A stretch of 64,000 nucleotides of DNA from positions 11,252,633-11,316,632 of the forward strand of contig OZ037769.1 in the NCBI GenBank assembly GCA_964035545.1, written 5' to 3'. Position numbers and translations under genes: made by a program. A model generated the notes under the pieces. It was not told the DNA's origin. It saw nothing but the letters and a program-made list of their open reading frames with translations, and did no database searches. This document shows, piece by piece, positions 55,601-64,000 of the stretch. Position 1 is the first letter of the stretch. Each line of letters opens with the position of its first letter. Source of the stretch: Bugula neritina. Lineage: Eukaryota; Animalia; Bryozoa.

Positions 55601-57351
55601 GTGACCAGTATATTGTGACCAGTATATAATACAATTTGAAACAGAGTCCATCACAGCAACATTTTGAAGCTTGGTGTCTATGTCTATAATATGATATTAT
55701 GTGTATAATGCTTTCTCCTTTGTCATATTTATAATATATAATGCTTTTCCTGACACTTTTCTTTTTCTTGTGTATGCTTCTTTCTATATCCTATTATTAT
55801 AGTTTAAAAAGTTAAATTGTTTTAAAATTTATTAGCAGCATCATGAACCTGCAATATATGCTATTATAAATACGCTGAGAATAAAAAATATTTCAAACTT
55901 GAGTATGATATATTATATAACAATTCTGTAGGGTGCACTTGATTTTCAGTGCATTAGATTTAATATAACATATATATGCTAATATAAATACGCTGAGAAT
56001 AAAAAATATTTCAAACTTGAATATGATATATATGGTAATGCTGTAAGGTACACTTGATTTTCTGTGCATTAGATATAATATAATATATATTATATTGTCT
56101 ATGCTTGTGTATGTACAACACAATATGTCCTTATATTTCCATACTGATTTATTACAGGGACTAGGCTGGGCACCTCTTTGTACACGGGGAATCTTAGCAG
56201 AAATATTTCAGAGCAGCTTGCCAGATCGGGAGTTACGCGACCAAATAACTTCGACACAGTGGAATACAAGTACAGTCTACACTGCAATAATATCTTTTAT
56301 TCTGAATGTTCATCACAACTTCATTATATACATTTTTAGTTTATTTTATATAAGAGTGTGTATAAATTTGAGGTACTATTGTTTTAAAGCTCATTCAATT
56401 CATGAAAAATTGATTATAAACTACTGCTGATGCATTCTATTAATGCAATAAATTGTATTTCAAAATTATTTATTCATTTGAAGCAAAGTAATTTTATTTC
56501 TTATAAAATATAATAAATTAATACGCTTGAGCACAAAGCTAGTTACTCGCCATATCTATTTTAAGGGACGAACCTGAGGAGTGCCACCAGCTAAAACGAG
56601 GTCTAAATGCAAATGATCTTGAACACTGTAAAATCTGTGGTCTAGGGTTATGGAAACAACAGCAGTGTAAACCCAGGTGCCATAACATTATACAATTACA
56701 TAAAGAGAACAACTCTTACTATTGATCTTGTTGAACTAAACAAAATTCTAGTACCGGTAAAGATTTCATTTTACTTTTAGATTTTTCAACGTAATTCTGA
56801 TACACCTGACGTTTTCGGAGCACTCGAAGAGCTACTCAAATACAGTAACGAAGGTGGTAGAGTCAACAACCACAGTGTATAGTCTTATCCAACTGGTTAA
56901 GGAAGACAGAGGTAAGCGGCTTACAAGCTAGACAGATAATAAGACATCTCCTATATCATAATTTTCAAAATTCAGATTTGTTAATTGTAAATTATTGTTG
57001 TTATCTTGCCATACTTTCATGTGATAGCGGCCATTTACATCCTGTTGCCTATACTGTAGTTTTAGTAGCTTATCATTTCTTATGATACATTTTTTGATTC
57101 AAGCATGTTACCATTCTATTTTAGATATTCCCTCAAATACACTGCAGATATATAAAGATAAAAGCAGAACAAAGAGTTCTGTGCTGCCACAGGAGCTGAC
57201 TTTAGAAGAGTGCGGGTACGAAGGCAGCGTAGGCTGGTACGAAGCTGTAGACCTCGTCCTGTATTACGACTACGAGCCAGAACACTATGACTGCCCAATT
57301 CTCATCTCAGACTACTATTATATTAACAGAAAAAAGACGACAGTCAAATAG
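52612..57351 (+). CDS. Uncharacterised protein: large Ser/Lys-rich exon plus small exons encoding a compact C-terminal domain
   Basis: 545-aa ORF with donor at ~54195; phase-compatible exons ~54798-54831, 56158-56269, 56566-56676, 56781-56911, 57125-57351 (FFNVILIHLTFSEH..TTTVYSLIQLVKEDR|DIPSNTLQIYKDKS..LTLEECGYEG..LYYDYEPEHYDCPIL). The link between the big exon and later exons is not phase-resolved by eye. Confidence 0.6.
55025..55627. repeat. 14-bp minisatellite, about 43 copies
   Basis: (attgtgaccagtat)n with two blocks of the gtggccag variant. Confidence 0.97.
55866..56075. repeat. About 120-bp tandem duplication
   Basis: aaatacgctgagaataaaaaatatttcaaacttga...cacttgattttc.gtgcattagat twice. 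Confidence 0.85.
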
Positions 57352-57665
57352 TTTACTTTTGCTTTGTCTTTTTAGCCAACAAAAATTAGTGAAGAAAAAT
57401 TTTCGTTTAATAAATTTTATTCGTTGAGAATCTGAATGCCAGATATATAATGTTATATCATAATATATTATATTATGCTATATTATATTACATTATGTTA
57501 CATTACATTATGGTATGTTATAGTATACTATACTATCATATATTATTATAGTATAGTATAGTATAGTATATGTTGAGCTTGTATTAGAAGTTTTAACATA
57601 AATATGCAAGTAATTATTTTGGATAAAAACATTCATATCTTCTCAGTCAGATATGAGAATCCAAT

Positions 57666-57875
57666 ACTCACGCAAGTTTATAGTCGCCATCTCTGTGAGA
57701 AACCCCTGATAGAAAGGGTTTTGTTAAAGCTGGCTAAGGACTTATTTAAATGAGGCACAGGAGCAATTATGATTGGATGCTCTTTTTAACATCACCGATG
57801 GCCTTTGTCAGGGCTCGAACCCATAACCTTCGTGTTTACTAGGCAAACGCTCTAACCCCTAGACCACGGCTGCTC
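57666..57875 (-). mobile_element. tRNA-derived SINE, copy 2
   Basis: Minus strand starts gagcagccgtggtctaggggttagagcg..gggttcgagccc (A/B boxes); same family as 16604-16796. Confidence 0.85.
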
Positions 57876-58479
57876 ATATGGGAACCCAATGTTAAGGATT
57901 ATTAACAGCTCTATAGATTTCTTTAAACTTGCAGGCCTCGTTTGAAGTATAACTGGAGAGCTTCAATGTAGTGTAGAGGTTACCTTCTTAAGGTTACCTC
58001 TAGTCTTTGTAGGAGTTGAGCAACTGGACTACAGATACCCCCAAAATGTTGAATAAAAAGTGTTGGATTCATAACACTAGTTTCTTATCCACAGTTCAAA
58101 TGAGAATATACCCTGCCCCCCCCCCTCTCCATGTTATAGGACAGGAGTGTCCAACCCTTCCAGACCAAGGGCCACTGAAAGGAAACATTCCGGTGGCGAG
58201 GGCCGCATTGTAAACTTTAGTTTGGGCTGAGGACCACAGCATCAGTAATTTTAATTTTTTTTTATTCCAAATTCCTATGAATCATTACACAATAAAGTCC
58301 TAACAGTTGATGCAAGCTGCATGTTTTGTAGCATATGTATAAATAAGACATTTAAAAGGTAGTTTTTCACTTTAATTCATGCATAGGTTACGTGTGAAAG
58401 ATGATTTTAGTTTTATGCCAACTTGAAGGCCACATTAATGTAGGCTGGGGGCCACATCCGGCCCTGGGACCCTGTTGGA

Positions 58480-61400
58480 CACGGTTTTTGTAAACTGCGT
58501 AAACGTAAAACGGAAAAAAGTGGCGGAAACGTAAACAGGAGAAAACAACTCAGAAAAACTTCTAACGACTACTTTTAAACATAAAATCCGGTTGCGTGAG
58601 CGTGGCCATAAAATCAGGAAACATCCAAGCCGTCGGCGCACAAAGAGTTTAGTTACACAACTAGTTTTTATTATGGTGTTGACAATTACATTTTTACCTG
58701 CTAATAATTAACTTTTAAACTACAAAACCGAGCCCAATAATTGTGATTCTCGTAGTTGCATAGATACCAAAACCTTCGATGTTTTACTATTAACTAAATT
58801 TTAGTTGTTCAACTAACATTCGTACGACTTAAGTTATCTAGCCAGCATAATATTATTTTTTTATCGAAATTCCCATTAAAATATCTCATTAAAAACTACA
58901 GTGAAAATAAGTTAATATTTATCGTTGCATGTAATTGTTATAATAAAAAATGCTTATTATTGTTATCATGCTCATGAGTATTTTCAAACTTTAACTATAA
59001 AACGTAGAACTATCGTTAGTATTTATAGTACAATGCTATTTCAAATAGTGTGACTCAATTAGTATAATTTCATCAAATAAATAATTTGATTAATAAACCA
59101 AGTTAATACTTATGGGTTAAAATGCAGAACTTTTTAGTTTTGTGCTTAAAGTGTCTTACTTCCACTACCTCAAACTTAGGCCTTGTGCTCAAAACTTTGA
59201 TCGATAACTCACTAGAAGTAAATGAATAGCCATGGCAGCAAAGTTGTTTTAATTTTTTGTTCTTTAAAATAATATTGTAAAGATGTGAGTGAAATTGTAC
59301 ATACTAGTAACTTGTATGTATTACTGTACAGCATGATGTAATCAAAGAACACAATAACTTGAAGAACTATTTGATATTTATGCAATAAAACATAAAATAT
59401 GATGCAATAATATAAGTAAAAGTAAGAAAAAAAAAAACAAAAAAAAAAAACAAGTTTTTAGTTTTGTATAAAAATGTGTTCAAGGCACAGCAAATAAAAA
59501 TTACAAAAACATATTTGCTGACGAAATGTCACCAAAATGCTGAACAACTGAAACTTCATCATGGCTTATAACGCCTCGCATATAATTGCAAATATGCAAC
59601 GGCTTATCAAAGCTTTAATGCCCTAAACACCTAATATGAATGTACACATTTTGCAAAGTCTTGCTAACAGTTAAAATACCGCTAAATAAATCAATATGTT
59701 CTCAGTAGGTCTTCTTTGATGCTACAATACGATCTAGAGGAAATATGTAAATAATAATGGAACAATCAGCTGTCATTCTTTACTTTGAAAGTGACAATCG
59801 CAATCACAGTGGTGTGACAGCTACATTGAAACCAAACCAATTTGTAAAAAGCAACTTGATTACATTGGAGTCTTGTGACGGAGCTGGTGGTTTACTGTTC
59901 TGTCAACTCAGCAGTCAACTTCAAAGGACTTGCACATGCTAGCAAGCAAGTCCTATGAATTTGTAACAGTGAGTAGCGCAGGGAAATATTCCAAGGATTC
60001 TCTTCTTGAACACAAACAAAGCTGCCAAAACAAACAATCAACAAATTACAATTTTCTTCACAAGTGCAAAGCTAATGACAAAACACACAGCAAAAAATAA
60101 ACAATATAGCTGATTATACAGCTGTACCTTTATCACAGTTATTAGAACCAGAATGTCCGTAATACTTATTGCATTTATTCTTGGAGCTAATTAAATCTTT
60201 GTTCCTGCAACACCAATAAACTGCTCTTGTATTGCGCCTCTTTGTATACAAGTATTAGTTAAATACTTCTCACCCCACTCTTATCTGTTATATAAAGCAA
60301 ATCCAGTACTTCCAAGTTTTTAGTTAACTTGACTCCTGGTTCATCAAATCTTTTCAAAGTGATAGCTAAGACTTTTGGAAGCTTTGTAAACTGAGACAGT
60401 TGTACAGTTATATCTAGACTACTAGAGCTCAAAAATAGTAACATGAGTATTTATTCAGTAGTCAGAAATTCTCAAGAATATGGTCCAAAATATTATGTAA
60501 ACATAAAATACACAAAGTACCCTTCGAAAACATATCCATCTAGTTTCTTGGAACTGAATTGATGCCCTGCAGTGTGACCTCACTCTGTAACAAATAAAAT
60601 AGCCAATACAAAAACGTGATGCTATAGTGCCAATAAAATAAATGTTCTATTTGTTGCCAAATCACCTCTAATAGAGGAACTGGTAATAAATTCATTGACT
60701 GAGCAAATGCTGTTTCAGCATTGCAGAAATGACATTTAGTCAACTATTCAACTTCTGACCAGAACAATTTTGTCCCATTGAAGAAAAGAGCATAAGTGTT
60801 TAGTGTACCTACTAACTGTCACTTTAGGAATTATAAACTATACATAAGCAACAAATGTGTTCAAGCAATGTTAATGTTACCCAACCTATTGCATCACATG
60901 TTATAAACTTCCATTAATACCTCGGCAACATCATGCTGCTCATTATTCATGAAATCAGGTAAAACCTCTAAAAACAAAATATGTATGTAAAAGAAGCCTT
61001 AATTGGTGGCTATTCTTGATTAAAATGTCAATTATACATTTGGTTTTTGATAAGGGATTTGAAATTTATCGTTAGCCATGAAATTCAACCCTTGATCTGT
61101 GGAATTGCTACTGGCACAGTAACAAATGAAGCATATATAACCAAAAAAGAACACTAAAGTGAAACCAAAAGACCAAAACAGTGATCTACTTCTCGATTAC
61201 AGTATGAAAAAACATGACCATTTATTTCCTATATAAATAGAACAAGTTACTTTAAATCTAGGTTTAAAGTCATATTAATCCCCTAAGAAAAAGATAAATT
61301 AAAATTTATGTACTCACAATTTACTTGTAGCGGTGGTGTGCGGTTTATAGTTTGAATACATGCATTTAAAAAGCATGTATTTCCAAAATTAGTTATACCT

Positions 61401-62990
61401 CTATAATCTGTAAAAATTATCAAAACAACAGGACCATTACAATGAATGCTAAACAATGAATATTCTTGACTTCAAATTATATTATCAGAACAACAATTTG
61501 GCTTAAAAAAAACCTAGACTTTTTGGCTTATTTAATATGAAAAAGACTGTTACTCTCACAAGACAAATGTCAAATACACTATATCTGCACCACAAGACCA
61601 AAATGAGTCTTAACAGGGTATACAATGGGTTTTAAGATAACATGTGACTGAGTGTTATAGCCAATTCATTAAACACATATATGTTTAAGTTCAACTGCAT
61701 CAATGTGAAAGTTTGATGCACTTTTTCTCAACGATTTGAATAAAACACTCAAGTAGTATAAGTATTACTATCCATCTTGTCTTAGACTTACTAATTATTA
61801 ATCAATATACCATAAGTATAGTTATAAGCTTATATTAATATCACAATACCATTTAACAATAACTGGTTAGTGAATTACATATATAATTAAATGAATTAAA
61901 ATAAACATAAGATTAGCAGATGTGAATTACTACTACAGTATTAGAATAAGAATACCAATACAATTATGAATTATTATTATTAATAATACAAAATTATATT
62001 AAAATAATAGGCTAATAATAATACTACACTTTATATAATGACAATGATTATCATTATGATTATATTATTATTATTAATATTAATAATTAATTTAATACTA
62101 AAATATTAATTAACATAATACTAATACTTATACTTATACCAAGTTTAATAGTAATAGTAATACTAATAGACAATAGACATAGTAATAGAACTAGTAGCAC
62201 TAAGTTTAATAGCTATACTAATAGTATTACATTTACTATTAGTATTAATATTAGTATTAGTAATATAATTATAATTATAATAAATGTAATTCAATACCTA
62301 AAGTTAAAATGATATCGTAATCTATAAGTTATTATATAATTATCACTATAACTATAAGTATAAGTATATTAATTATTATTTATATTATTAATTAAACGCT
62401 ATTAGTATTACTATTAGTATTAGTAAAAGTGATACTATTACTATTAGTATTACAGCATTACTATTACTATTGAGTATTAGTATTACTATTAGTATTAGTA
62501 TTACTATTAGTATTATTAATATTTCTATTAATATTAATATTATTATTTATTAAATTTAATCGTTAATATGATTTAGATTATTATTTTAATCGACAATTAT
62601 TTAGTTTAAAAATGTTATTAATAATTTATAAGCAGATTGAGCTTACCCATCTCTAGCTTTATTTGTTATATTGGAAAGTCGAAGTGAGAATTTTAGGTTC
62701 AAGCAAAAAGATATAAGCTGTTCAGTTGAAGGGGTGTACTTGTAGAGTTGAAGATATCACGTTGGTTGCGAGGGATGAAATAGACTAAGTACTTAACACG
62801 TTGCCGAGGTTTTCTTAATGCAAGATTATTTTAATTTTAGAGTTGTGTCATTTTTCAACTAAAACCTATGCTTCGTGCATACACAAAAGTATTACGCAGC
62901 GATTACTAAAAAAATTGCTCGGTTAAGTACTTTTCCGCCGTTTTTGCAGAAATTTCCGCTTTTCCGTTTACGCAGTTTACAAAAACCGTG
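58480..62990. mobile_element. Non-autonomous Transib-like DNA transposon with cargo gene
   Basis: Perfect 26-bp TIR CACGGTTTTTGTAAACTGCGTAAACG at 58480-58505 and 62965-62990; 5-bp TSD ttgga/ttgga; subterminal (gg)cggaaa motifs. Confidence 0.85.
59700..62851 (-). pseudogene. Spliced ubiquitin-specific protease (peptidase C19)-like gene, decayed, inside the transposon
   Basis: Exon 61407-61318 YRGITNFGNTCFLNACIQ (Cys box); exon 60967-60886 PDFMNNEQHDVAEVL (QHD box, internal stop); TKCHFCN..MNLLPVPL (~60740-60670); FTKLPKVLAITLKRFD..KL (~60390-60330). His box not clearly readable; outer limits approximate. Confidence 0.75.
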
Positions 62991-64000
62991 TTGGACAACC
63001 CTGTTATGGAATAATATGAGCTGCTACAATAATCTAGTAAGTAGGCAATAGGCCAGGTCAATGTATGGACTTCACTAGACATCTTGCAGACTCTGTTTTA
63101 CATGCTTAATTTCAACAAGACTGCTGCAATTCCTTATGTTGAATTGAGCAATTGTACAGTGAAACAAAACTGTTATTTTTTGTTCAACAACTCTGTTTGG
63201 CATTTAATCTGATTTATTGTTCCAATTAAATAAGCATTAGCTGCCTTTGTAATCAAATTAAATTGATATAGAAATAAGATGGCTATTGCTAGGCAGCACA
63301 CAATGTGCAGTGGAGGTGATTGATGTCTCAAGAATGTTTAATTAACATTTGGATACATTTTAATCAGAGGTAAGGCATGTTGTATATATTGAGTTCTAAA
63401 AATAGCTGTGCATAGGAAGTTTTTATCACTACTCCTGCTGTATAAACAGTTAAATGCTGATATAAACTTTTCAAACAGCTTAGTTTGTCATTTAAAGATA
63501 GGAAAGCAGTGGGAGAATTTAAATATAGATCTAATCAAGTGGCCAAACAGGTTGGCATGGGATGCTTTCATTAGGTGAGATTTTATAACTTTGTGCACCA
63601 ATATATCATACTAACGTACAAATGTGCCATTTTAGAGCATGTAGCTGTAATATAACACTAATAGCAATAGCAACACTAATAGTGATGTATGATACAATGC
63701 ATACAGCAGTATATAATATAATGTAATTACAATTGACATTATTGTTTTCATTTTAGGACGCTTATATACCATATTAAATGTCTATACACTATATGGTATG
63801 CATCTAGTTTATTATAGGTTTCATAGAACTGAATTATATAATTAAATGAACTGGATAACTCATCATTCACATGATATGAAATACTATTTAATAATTAATC
63901 AACGGAACTGTTTAGGATTCTGGGATGTTATATATGAAGATAATTAATTTATAAGAATGCATGTCAGTGTTACATTTCTGTAACACAAGAATATTTGTAA

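Larger units (their letters stand above)
58142..63003. mobile_element. hAT-type MITE interrupted in its right TIR by the Transib-like element
   Basis: caggagtgtccaac (58142) ... gttgga[insert]ttggacaaccctg (63003); flanks ttatagga / ttatggaa (imperfect 8-bp TSD). Confidence 0.7.

Noticed and set aside
54986-55654. 222-aa and 211-aa repeat ORFs
   Set aside because: Translation of a 14-bp satellite; open only because the unit has no stop on that strand.
62646-62851. Stop-codon reassignment in the cargo exon (several TAA/TGA)
   Set aside because: Host genes use TAA, TAG and TGA as normal stops; decay is the simpler explanation.

Overview
AT-rich eukaryotic (invertebrate animal) genomic DNA with compact, intron-rich genes; the species cannot be fixed from sequence alone. 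Host genes in order: the 3' part of an integrin alpha subunit (+), eIF2-beta (+), CFAP20 (-), a short ERI2/Snipper-type DEDDh exonuclease (-), HADHA (+), NDUFB7 (-) and an uncharacterised multi-exon gene (+). Mobile DNA: a decayed Academ-type transposon whose left end is an inverted copy of its right end, a truncated LINE, a pogo-like element in NDUFB7 intron 1, tRNA-derived SINEs and hAT-type MITEs. Most notable are (1) a 4.5-kb CAC...GTG element with a 5-bp TSD (Transib-like ends), nested in a MITE, that carries a decayed spliced ubiquitin-specific protease gene and no recognisable transposase, and (2) degenerate 6-bp-periodic tracts that recur just downstream of the first exon of several genes, including the transposon cargo gene. 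Exon coordinates were read by eye and may be off by a few bases.
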